A stretch of DNA of 63,863 nt, counting the filler, from Vannella sp. (taxonomy: Eukaryota), in assembly GCA_023345925.1 (NCBI GenBank). It is 6 parts of 6 records of this genome, joined end to end, with 100 filler letters (N's around TTAATTAATTAA, not from the genome) between each part and the next. Parts side by side here need not be neighbours in the genome. Positions count along the whole stretch, not along the records: positions 20,780 to 39,400 come from JAJQQN010000831.1; positions 39,501 to 44,235 come from JAJQQN010001235.1; positions 44,336 to 49,780 come from JAJQQN010001260.1; 3 more parts are not named here. One strand, 5' to 3'. Position 1 is the stretch's first letter. Each line of letters opens with the position of its first letter. The notes under the pieces were generated by a model. It was given only the letters and a program-made list of their open reading frames with translations, made no database searches and was not told the DNA's origin. Shown here in pieces: positions 34,603-45,496 of this stretch. Made by a program: the position numbers and the translations under genes.

Positions 34603-35654
34603 ATGAGTCTGTTTGTTGGGCAGCTTTGTCATGATATCCGTACACACGAGTTGGAGGTAGGTGCTTTTGCAGGTTATGGTTATGAGGCCCTTGTGGGTGT
34701 CTCGGGTTACCTCCAGGCTGACGGCAGGGGTAGACTTGCGAGCCGGTGCCCGCCTGCCTGCTGCTGTTGCTGTTGTATCGATACTCACTGGCTGGATCTT
34801 TCGTATTGGCTTCCATAGGACATCTTCTCAGAGTTTGGAGAACTGACTCGCTGCGAGATTCGCTCAGGGAGCCGCTCTCCCTTTGCCTTTGTAACTTTCC
34901 GTAGCGAAAGGGACGCTGAAGATGCGGTGCATCACTTGCAAGGCAAAGATATCTTTGGATCCAGGTAGAGTACTCTCTTTCCCCTAACGACACTGCTCAG
35001 AATGCTTCAGGATCAACATCGAGTGGGCTAGCTCCAGTGGAAGGGGGCCTCGATCCAACCTTTGCTACGAGTGCAACGAATCGGGTCACATTGCCAGAGA
35101 TTGCCATCGCCGGCGAGGGCAAAGGAGGTATATCTTCTAGTCTTTGATGCCTAGTGAAGCTGATCGAGTACAGGGGCGACTCTCCTCGACGAGATTATCG
35201 CGGTCGCAGTCCTTCCAGAGAGAGGCGAGGCTACTCCCCCAAGCGTGGGTCTCGATCTCCCCGGCGCAGGTATGGATGTTCACGAAGTGCCAAGTTCAAT
35301 CTAACTTGTTCGCAGCCGAAGCCCTCGAAGAGGAAGAAGCCCACGAGACAGAAGTTTGAGTCCTCGTCGGAAATCAAACCGTAGCAGGAGCCCCAGCCCC
35401 CGCGACAAGAACAGATCTCTCAGCCCACGCAACAAGGACAGATCCCCCAGCCCCCGCAGAAGCCCTGATGCATCAGTGAAGACAGAGGCTTCTCCTCGAT
35501 CCACTTCTCCCTCACAGTATGGATAACCTCCCTTTCACAGCTCATTGTCCTCACTGCAATCACTCTCAGGAATGACCGAAAGCGAGCCACGCCACCGCGC
35601 GATCCTGAAGACAGGGACGAACCTGAAGAAAAGAAGGCTCGTTTGGGCGAGTAG
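34603..35654 (+). CDS. SR splicing factor, SRSF7/RSZ type (RRM + CCHC zinc knuckle + RS domain)
   Basis: MSLFVGQL, FAFVTFRSERDAEDA, RINIEWA, CYECNESGHIARDC, RSPS repeats; multiple introns. Confidence 0.85.
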
Positions 35655-35720
35655 GCACCCAGGCATGGTGCCTTTGGTTTGTGGTTGGAAGCACTAAAGG
35701 AGAACCATTCCTCTCTCGTT

Positions 35721-36480
35721 ATGGTGATGGGTACGGTGCCGTTTTGGGTCCTTCTGTCTTCTTTGCTGGCCCAGGCTTTTGGGGGGGAGGTTACGCAGTT
35801 GACTGAGGATAACTTCCTACCTGTAGTACACAGCGGGGAACCTTGGTTCGTGCTCTTGTGAGTTCTCCCTTTACTGGCTGCGAGACGCGAGAACTCACGA
35901 GTTTGGGTGGCTTCAGCTCTGCACCATGGTGTGGAGCTTGCAAGAGAGTCCAAAGCGTATGGGAGGAGCTCTCTTCTGACGCCAAAGCAAAGATTGGGCA
36001 AGTGAACTGCGACGACCAACCCGACTTGTGCGATCTCATGAACATTAAGGGCTATCCAACCTTTCGTCTGTAAGAGAGAGCATCCTTGTGTATAGTTTTC
36101 TCCTCTAACAACTACCTAAGCTTCCGTGACGGTCACCAGTACGACCTGGAGAAGTCACCACGCAGTTTGGTCGGTCTGAAAGAGTTTGCAGCAGGTGGCT
36201 TCACTAAGAGAAGCCCCTTGCCTATTCCCCCACCTGATACCGTGTTCCCTTCTGACTTGAGCCGCGCTCTCCAAGAGATCAAGGTGACAGCTCCTCATTC
36301 CCCTCTCCTCGCCTCTTCCTGATCCCTTTGCCACTTCAGGAACTCTCTCTACAGCACGTCTGGATAACCTTAGGTATGGTAACCTTCTCTTGCTTCTGGA
36401 TGGGATGTTGTTGGGGGACAATCCTCGAACATTGCGTTTGGACAACCTTCCAAAAACGTCCCAAATTACACTCCAATTAA
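35721..36480 (+). CDS. thioredoxin-related transmembrane protein (TMX/PDI-like)
   Basis: Signal peptide, VTQLTEDNF, APWCGAC, IKGYPTF, C-terminal TM and KLHSN tail. Confidence 0.85.
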
Positions 36481-36572
36481 TTATTAATTTCATTCTGCTG
36501 TGGGCGTTGGGGTCGATGGAGGGGAAATGCCTTTTGAAGGGACATTTCCCCTTTCATTTTTTCCCCAGCCTG

Positions 36573-39255
36573 ATGATGAGTAGGCTGCTGTTGGTGGCAG
36601 TCTTGTTGGTGGTAGTGAGAGGGGCATTGGATGGCTGTTCTTTGTATGCGGGGGGAGACCTTTTGTATGCTTCTGGGAACGGGAAGCTCACTTCAGGACT
36701 CCTTCGGTACAATCCAGTCACTCAGGAGTTTGATGGACCTGGGAGCGTGTACAAAGATGCGAAGATCAACGGATTCTTCTCTCATGACAGGTAGGTGTCC
36801 TCTCTTTGGCTTTTGGATGAGCTGACACGGGGAAGGTCTCTCTACTTTGCGGGGGATCACATTCGCGTTCACGATGATGACAGCATGAGTGTAGGCCAGT
36901 GGAAATCAAGTAAAGAAGGGCCAAGAGGAATGGCTGGTGGCTTATGGACGCTCGGAAACACCCTTCCACTCAAGGAACTGGGGAAGCGCTCACCAACTCT
37001 TCTCTTCACCTCCTGGGGCTCCCAATTGGCCATAGCTGGTCAGTTCAACCACCGGTAAGTGTTAAAAAGAATGCTTGGGCGCCTCAGTCTAACTTCTGAG
37101 TCCAGGGTGAGTGACCCGGCCGAGTTGATGATGAACATTGCCCTCTTTACCCCTTCCACCTCCTCCTACTCTGTTCTTCCACGAGAGGGACTTTGTCCAA
37201 GCGATGCTCAATGCAGCGTGATGGCTTTGGCTTCTTCCCAGGGCGCAACGCCTTATCTATTTGCGGGTGCAATGGCACTGGAGTCACCTTGCGAGAACCA
37301 CGTCGTGTATCTCGCCAGTGGGACCAGCTGGAAGCAGTTAGTCCTCTCACAAGAAGGAAATGCGGCGGGCGAATGCACCGTCCTCTTGTTCAACTCACTG
37401 ATTGTCTCTGGGGACCAAAACACACTCTTTGGCATTGCATACTCTTCGAGTGGCGGTCAGTTGATCAACAATGACATCAGCTACAAGCTGCTCGCCTGGG
37501 ATCTGCGGGATCTCACTCAAAGGGCAAAAAGTGTTCCGTTATGGAAGAGGCAGTGCCCCGGAGGTACCAATCCTGAAATCGCGTTTCCCTCAATGGACCG
37601 AATTGGGAGCAATCGGGTGATGGTGGCTCTCCCTCAAGATGGATCTTGCAAAGGAGAGATCCCTGTTGTCTTTAAAACGTTCTCTGATAGCTTGGAGATC
37701 GTAAGTGATGTCACACTTCGATCACTGGAAGGCTTCCAAAGCGCGGTTGCTATTCAGATTGTTAATAGTGACGAGATTTACGTGTCTAATGGGACTCATC
37801 TCAGCGGCTTTTCAAGCGGTTCTTGGCATAGCATGCTTGCTGGAGGCCATGTGGGCGCTATTCACTATTCTCAAGACCTCAGCAAGCTTGTTGTCAGCTT
37901 AATTCAATTTCAGGGCTCTATTACCGATGTTCTGACGTTTGATTCACCTCGGCATCGCTACTCGATGCTATTTGGGGGAGGCGTATATGCCAAGGGCATG
38001 GTCCTGACTATGTCAGAGATGAACGACCAAAAGTTCTTAATTGGAGGCGACTTTAAGTATGTAGGACACTCGCTGCTGCCTGCCAAGTTGGCTGCTGTCT
38101 GGGATGGTTCGGAGTGGCAGGCGACACTTGAATCCAACGGGGACTCTTACCTTCCTGGGTGGACTTTGATTGCTTCTGATGCAGTGGGAGATGTTGTTTA
38201 TGCAATTGCTGATTCTGGACGAGACACAGACTTGTTGCCAGTGCTTCGGTGGAGACCAGAAGAAGGGTGGTTGTTCCTTTATAACAGACCGTCAATTCGA
38301 AAGATGGAAACGTGGGACAACACAATTGGAACAGTCAGAATTGACTCTTCACGTGGCCGAGTTTACTTTGGAGGACAGTTTGATTTGACCTTGGCGGATG
38401 GAACTCGCGCTTCTGGAGGTGAGTTGCTTTGGAGTTGAGATGTGTTTTCTCACAAACTCTTTAGTGGTTCGGTACGGCTATACTGATGACAGTTGGACGG
38501 TCCTTCCTGTTGAACTCACCAAAGTGAATGCTTTCGGATTCCTCAATGGGCATGAGATTCTGCAAGTTGGCGGTCAATTCACTGCGACTGATCATTTGCA
38601 AGTCATCCACACCAATCTCATTGCCTTCAACATTGAGACCAACGGGGTACTTCCAGGGATTCCCTCAGCTTCTGACGGGGAAGTTTTTGCCTTTGGGACT
38701 TTTCCAAATGAGCCAAAGTACTCTTTCCTGGGAGGAAACTTCTCTCACTCTGGGGTAGAGCAAATGAAAAGCGGTTTAAGTGTTTGGACGATCAGTCCAG
38801 TTGGAAACACTCTTCTCAGTCCTCCAGTTCTCGCTTTGACTTCTCGAAATCAAGCTGAGGTTCTATTTGCTGGAGGGGCCTTTGTCGGAAGTCTCTCTCG
38901 CTTGGACATTGGCCGCCAGGAATGGAGCCGATTGATTCCCACCACCTCTCCTTTTGAAGGAATCGTCCGAGCTCTCTTAATGACTTGTCCATCTGACCCC
39001 CAGTTCCAGTACCAGGAGCTTCCTGAGCCCAGCTCACACCAGGGCTACTTCTATTCACCAAAGTGCGATATTCCCGTGGGAGCTGGCCCTGACTTCCGAT
39101 GTCCTGATGATCTGTCAAACTGGCAAATCTTCGGTCTCAGTCTCACAGTCCTTGTCACCCTTCTCATTGTGCTAAGTGTGGCTGGCGTGGGCTACAGAAT
39201 GCACAGAAAGAATGCAGCACCACAAACTCTTGATTTTGAGCTTGATTTCCAGTAA
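36573..39255 (+). CDS. Rax2-like beta-propeller type I membrane protein
   Basis: Signal peptide; repeated LYAGGD/IAGQF/IGGDF...AVWDGSEW/FGGQF/VGGQF/LGGNF; TM IFGLSLTVLVTLLIVLSVAGVGY. Confidence 0.7.
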
Positions 39256-39400
39256 ACAACGTTCCAACGCTCATTTTGGCTCTTTGCAGATGCGTTGGAC
39301 ATTGTTTCGGCGACTATCCGTTTGCGTTAGGCCAGTAACGTCTTTCTTTGAATGGTGGAAGTGACCAATCCTCTTTAACTCGATCAAGAGGGCTTCCTTC

Positions 39401-39500
39401 NNNNNNNNNNNNNNNNNNNNNNNNNNNNNNNNNNNNNNNNNNNNTTAATTAATTAANNNNNNNNNNNNNNNNNNNNNNNNNNNNNNNNNNNNNNNNNNNN
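39401..39500. other. artificial contig linker
   Basis: N44-TTAATTAATTAA-N44. Confidence 0.98.
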
Positions 39501-39535
39501 CATGGCAAAAACCAATTTCTTTTGCCGTTGGTGCG

Positions 39536-42500
39536 ATGAGGACATCTCTCCTTTTGTTTGCGCTTCTGGTTGGTTCCATCCATGCACGAGGCCTAAGCCA
39601 AGTGCGGATTGGGTGGGACGAGAACGTGGACTCTATCGTGAAGACCCAATCTGCGGTCATGTTCGGTCGTATCCCTTTCGTTAACGCGACTTACTTCAAA
39701 GTAAACGACGCTGTGGAAGTGGCTATCGCTCTCTCCAGTGCGGAAGTGGTTTACCTTTGCCCGAGCTTCACCCCCATGGACCTGGCCAGCAGCTCCCTCT
39801 TGGAACAGTTCGTTTCCGGCGGAGGTGTACTCATCTACCCCGCTGGCTTCAACGACACTCGCTCTAAGGATGTCGAAAGATGGCTTGCAAACCCCCTCCT
39901 CCGGGTGCAATCGAACCAGTTCGAGTACAACATCAATCAGATCTCCGGGTCCTCTCCTATGCCGCAAGACCCTTACTTGAACCCTTTGATTGCATTAGCC
40001 ACGAACCAGTCCTTGAAGACCGCCTTTGGTCGCATCAGTCCTAATCACAAGTTCGGCTTGCCCTTCCAATGGTTCTCTGACAACCTTTACTGGGTCAACG
40101 ACAACATCCACCACATGGCTCTCACCCAGGACAATCGCGAGTTCTGCATGTTCCAGCGTGAAGGTAGGTACAAGTATGAAACCTCCGATACAAGTCTGAA
40201 ACGTATGGTTGGTGATGTCTCCAAGAGAGGTTTCGTCTACGGCCCGTACGATGAAGCCTGCTGGGTGTTCAACTTTCGTCATGGCAATGGCTACGTAGTG
40301 GAGATCTCTATGAGCTTTGAGACGAATGGTGCCTCCTTCCTTGCTTTCTCAGATCGATTCATTGGAGTGGTGGCGGCGGCTGTGGGGCAGAGCCAGCGAG
40401 CCCAGGAGAAGTTCGTCTCCAAACCAAACAACGTCTTGCTCAAGTACAAGCCCAATTACGTTCCCGTACAAGTACCTGTAGATTTGATCCCAAAGATTGG
40501 AGCTCCACAGTCTCTGGCTGGTCGTGGTGGAGTCGACACCCCAGCGCCAAGCGTTGGAAATAGCGGTTTTGCAAACCTGGCGTACGATCTAACCTTGGCG
40601 AACAACGTCTTTGTGTGGAGGAGGACTGACCAACTAAGGGAGCTTCAACGATTACTTGCCCTCACAGAAGCAGAATCGTTTGTTCTGTTAGACCTCCCTT
40701 CCTCATCACCGACACCCTTTCCAACTCCATCAGTTTCTCCTTCAGTTACCCAAACAACTATGGGTGGATATTATTATGGAGGAGGAGGTGCTGGAAGGAG
40801 AGATCTCTCAGCTGAATTAAGAGATGTCTCATCCGATGGGGCACCCGAAAAAAGGGGTCTCTCTGCTGTAAAGAGAGACCCCTTGTCCGCTTCCTTCCTC
40901 AGCTTTTATGCGGATATGATTGCTCGAGGAGTCAATTTGGTAGGTTACTTTGTCTGTCCTCGAAAACGAAACTGATTCGCCATGATTTAGACGTTTGTGG
41001 GAGACGCCTCTGGAGCGGCCAGATTTCTCACTGGCTACTTCAATCTTCCTCTCCAACCAGTCTCTGCTGGGCAGTTGAACAGCCCGTTCCCCTCTTTCCA
41101 ACAGTCTGTCGTTTCTGGCACATCCTTTAGTGCTTTTAATGATATCAACTCACTGCCCAGTCGTTTGAGGACCCTCAGTTTGGAGGGACGGAACTTTAGT
41201 TGCCTTTTCGATGATCCTCTGTATGACTGTGCGGTCTGGTCAGAAAACTTGGCCTCAAGAACAGGGGGCCATCTATCCTTCCTCGCATGGGACTGGAGCA
41301 AGACCAACTACTATCAACCCATCGTCCAAGTGCCAGGCCCTAACAGACAATCGGTCTCGTGGCCAGAGCTCTCTTGGAGGACAGCTCTCTTTGCTTCGCA
41401 AGAGCCACAAGCACCTCCTGCTAGCAGCGTTCCTCTCTTTGATGAGACTTACTTCCAGACCCTCCATTCAGGGGTTCAGCTGAAGGTTGCTGTGTTGAAT
41501 AATGCAACTGATCCGGATGGCGTGGCGAACGTCGTGCAGTTCTTGAAGCTCTCCAATCACAGCGTGCACTTGCTAGATGAAGCTCGTAACGCGACTTCCG
41601 TGTCAGAGTTCCTGTCTCAAATGGACGCGTTGGTCGTTCCAAACCCAGAATTAGACGACTTTGCTATGAACTATCAAATCGACTTCTCCGCAGAGGTGAA
41701 AGAGGCGATTCGCAACTTTTCTGTGATCCAAGGAGGACGAGTTGTGGTGTTGGGAAGACGTTCCGCTCTCTTCTTGAACGAACTTTTCGGATCTAATCTG
41801 ACACAGTATAATCCCTTTTCTGCAAACAACGAGCCATTCTTTGATAACTACTACGACACGAGTACAGATCTGATCTTCAATTTTGGATTGAATTTCATCT
41901 CTCACGCAACATCTGACACTCGCTTCACTGGCTACTATAACATCAACAATCTGCTGCCTGCGATGATTCCAAGTACAGTCATTTTCCCCTACACTATGAT
42001 GGACCTTACCGACAACTTGGACTACTGCGCATACTACTTTACAAACTGGCTGAATATCGATTACTGCGGTGTCTGGAGCAAGAGATACGGGACTAAAGGA
42101 GGCCACATCACTGGTTTAGCCAACACCTTCCTTGACATCGGAGTTGGATTCCGTAGCACTTACATGCGCAACGAACCATGGACTCGGGCTCTCAACATCG
42201 CTTTGGGCGGAGATCCAAATACACCGCCATCACCAACTGCGACCGTGACCAGCAGCCCTTCGGTGACTCCCAGTCTCTCAGAAAGCATTTCTGGCTCAGC
42301 CACAATCTCGGGTTCTGAGTCTCCTTCCTTCACAAGTTCGAAGTCATTTGGAGCGTCTGAATCTCCCACAGGTTCTATCACTGCTTCAGCAAGTGCTTCT
42401 CCATCAGGCTCACCTTCTCCATCAGAGACAGAGTCTATCACGGTCTCGATTTCTGAGTCTCCTTCCTTCACAAGTTCAAAGTCATTTGGAGCGTCTGAAT

Positions 42501-43839
42501 CTCCCACAAGTTCTGTCCCTGCTTCAGCCAGTGCTTCTCCATCAGATTCACCTTCACAATCGGAGACCCAGTCTGTCACGGTCTCGGGTTCGATTTCTGA
42601 GTCTTCTTCCATCACCATCTCAAAGTCATTTGGAGCGTCTGACTCTCCCACGATTTCTATCACTGCTTCTCGATCAGATTCACCATCAGAGACCCAGTCC
42701 ATCACGGTCTCGATTTCTGAGTCTTCTTCCATCACCATCTCAAAGTCATTTGGAGCTTCCAACTCGCCAACCAATTCTGTCTCTCTTTCAAAGTCGATTG
42801 CTGCTTCAGGATCTTTCTCTCGTTCTCCTCTTCAGAGTACTACTCCCTCTGCAGCACCGTCCTTTGTTCCAGAAAACATACTCACTTCTTCGAGAACCCG
42901 CACTCCAGCAAGATCAGCTGTTGCGAGCGCCAGTCAAAGCTCCATTCCATCGCCATCTTCATCGTTCGTTCTTTCTCCAAGTAGCAGTGTGACTCCCTTG
43001 CCATCAGTCGTTCCGCCTTTTGGTCCCTTCACAGGAACAGAATGTTCCAATTGCCGGATTTCATCTTTAACTGAAGAGCTTCAACCGGGTCAGATCATCC
43101 GGGTTCAGCTCAACAACTCTGAAAACGAACCTATTGGAACTCTCTACTTACCTGAAAGCTACGGAATTGGTGGATTTGTGTTGCAAGTGGTCTATGCCAC
43201 TCAGATCCCTAACATTCCAGGAGATCCTCGCTCTCCTCCTCAGCTCGGCAATGCTGTGCTGGATATCAACTTGTTTGACTCGAACGGACGTGAAGTCTTC
43301 TTCCTTCCCGAGCCTATCAGGATCTGCATTGTTGAACCGCCCTCTTCCAACAAGAAAGTAAGTTTGAATGCGAAGCCAACCAAAGCTAGATATATTGACA
43401 GGTCTACAGAAGAACGGTTGTTTGAGCTACTGGGACGAGGAGGAGAACGAATGGGTTTGCGAAGACGAGTGCCTAACAGGAAACAAAGGGAATGAGGGCG
43501 AAAAGTGTGGTGAAACAGGTAATTTCATCCGCGTTCTCGCTTGAAGCGCCCATTCCCGAACTGACTGACTCTTCTACAGACCACTTGACCAACTTTGCGT
43601 TGCTCCTTCAAGGTGCCAACAACGGAGGAGGGCTTTGGGGAAGCAATGGCCCCTGCTCGACTTACACTCCCACCCTAATCTTCTCTTGGCTCACACTCGG
43701 CTTTGTTGCCAGCGCCATCCTCATTGTCTTGGTCAGCATCGTCTTGATTGAGATTCGGTTCCGCAAAGAAACACTTGTCCGCAAGGTCCGATTCTACCAA
43801 ATGAGCAAAACTGTCTCCTCCAACATCGGCAGAGTTTGA
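39536..43839 (+). CDS. large single-pass surface protein: GATase/GIFT-like repeats, Ser/Thr mucin stalk, GAIN/GPS motif, one TM
   Basis: Signal peptide MRTSLLLFALLVGSIHA; spliced CLSYWDEEENEWVCED...CGETDHLTNFALLL; TM IFSWLTLGFVASAILIVLVSIVLI; 3 introns. Confidence 0.8.
42310..42770 (+). repeat. four degenerate ~120-144-bp coding repeats (SESxSxTxSKSFGAS)
   Basis: tctgagtct.cttcc.tcac.....c.aagtcatttggagc occurs at ~42313, 42452, 42596 and 42716. Confidence 0.85.
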
Positions 43840-44235
43840 GTGAACCACTTTCTTTTCCTTTCTTCATTGTGTCTATCATTCATATAAAATCAAGCAGCTC
43901 TCTTTCATTTTGTGTGTCTCGTCCTCTTCGATGGTGAACTATTGCTGCTCCTCTAATGGCTGCAATCATCCAAATGCAAGGAGCACATACAATCGCTTTC
44001 CAGGGAGTTATCGCTTGCTAGTACCCCAATGCATGGTGCTGGTCTTAGGTCTGGTGACAACCAGAGACTGTTCATGTTTCTGACCTTCGATCATGACCAG
44101 TCCCACCTTCTTTAACTGCCTCCACAATCGGCCAATGATCTGGATTCAACTCGCAAACGAGAATCCGCGAGTGAAGGGGAAGAGACTCTCTCAACGCCGC
44201 CAACCAAGCGACCAAGTCCAACCATCACATGGCCA

Positions 44236-44335
44236 NNNNNNNNNNNNNNNNNNNNNNNNNNNNNNNNNNNNNNNNNNNNTTAATTAATTAANNNNNNNNN
44301 NNNNNNNNNNNNNNNNNNNNNNNNNNNNNNNNNNN
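44236..44335. other. artificial contig linker
   Basis: N44-TTAATTAATTAA-N44. Confidence 0.98.
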
Positions 44336-44416
44336 ATTCATCAAAGGAGGAGCACATCACCAGAGACGAGAAGAGTCCCAGAATGACCAGAGTCGTGCCA
44401 TTGTATTGTTGGGAAA

Positions 44417-45369
44417 ATGTCAGTGGCCCGGGCTGGGTCTCTTTACCACCTCCGCCCTTTGCGAGCCGGGCTGCCATTCGGGGCCACGATCAGTGGCATT
44501 GACTTGGAGAAACATACAGAGGATACAGCTTTGGTGACACAGATAGCTCATGATCTGCAGCGTCATCGCCTCCTGATCGTGAAGAACCAAGGCATTCTCA
44601 GTGCAGAGACTCAACTCAAAGTCAGCCGGTGGTTTGGAGAGATAGATTCAACGTTTCATTGCCACCCCCAATCTCCCCACCCAGACATCTTCCGTGTGAG
44701 TAATGACCCCACAGAAGGCTGTCTCAACGTTGGGCGCAGCGGATGGCACATTGATGGAACCTTCAGAGCTATGCCATTCAAAGGTACTCTCCTCCCTCTC
44801 GCTCTCGCTCTCTCTCACTCTGGTGGTTAGTACAGACCATGCACTTCTGGTCCGTGAGCCAAAGTGGGTTCACTCACTTTACTCCCATGAAAGAGGTTGT
44901 TGAGACCTTGCCACTGGCGCTTCGAGCCGAGTGGGAGTCTCTGTGGTTTGTCAGCTGCCACAACACGGTTCACCCTCTCATTTATTCCCATCCATCAACG
45001 GGAGAGCTCACCATGTGCTTCCATTGTGGAGAGCCATTCGTTCAAGCCTTTGCAAAAGGCTACAACCGAGAGAAACACCACGCAACAGCCATTCTCGGGA
45101 AGGAGAGGACGAGACAGATCCTTCAAGACATCACAGCGAGAATGGAGGACCCACTATTACGCTACGAACACCATTGGGAGCTTGGTGACGTCGCCATCAT
45201 CGACAACCTCGCTGTTGCACACTTTGCGGACGCCGGCACCCAACTTGATCCTGCAGAGGATGGATTACGCATTCTCCATCGTACAACTATTGCTGGAACG
45301 AATCTTCCCACCAAACTGTACCAGTTTGAGCCCTCGATCGAGCAACTAGTGACGAGGACCCAAACCTAA
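44417..45369 (+). CDS. TauD/TfdA-family Fe(II)/2-oxoglutarate dioxygenase
   Basis: FGATISGIDL, WHIDGTF (HxD), VHPLIYSHP, HHWELGDVAIIDN.AVAH, RILHRTTI; one intron. Confidence 0.9.
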
Positions 45370-45496
45370 CCAAGAGGTTCCGCAAAATAATGAATGAACC
45401 ATCCCAAGACAGTCATGTAATTTTAAAAGGAATTAAAAGGAATTGCTTTTAAGGGTTGGAGTGACACGTGGCCATTCTCAAACTTCGTCCGCTTCT

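Noticed and set aside
35920..35945. Selenoprotein-type thioredoxin
   Set aside because: The active site is a plain WCGAC with no in-frame TGA.
39256..39400. 3' end of a minus-strand gene at the contig edge
   Set aside because: Two short frames are open and neither shows homology, so no call is supportable.
43840..44235. Coding or repeat feature at the end of the third contig
   Set aside because: Only short ORFs with no motif or repeat structure.
44417..45369. TauD gene as bacterial contamination
   Set aside because: It contains a spliceosomal intron and shares a contig with COPG.
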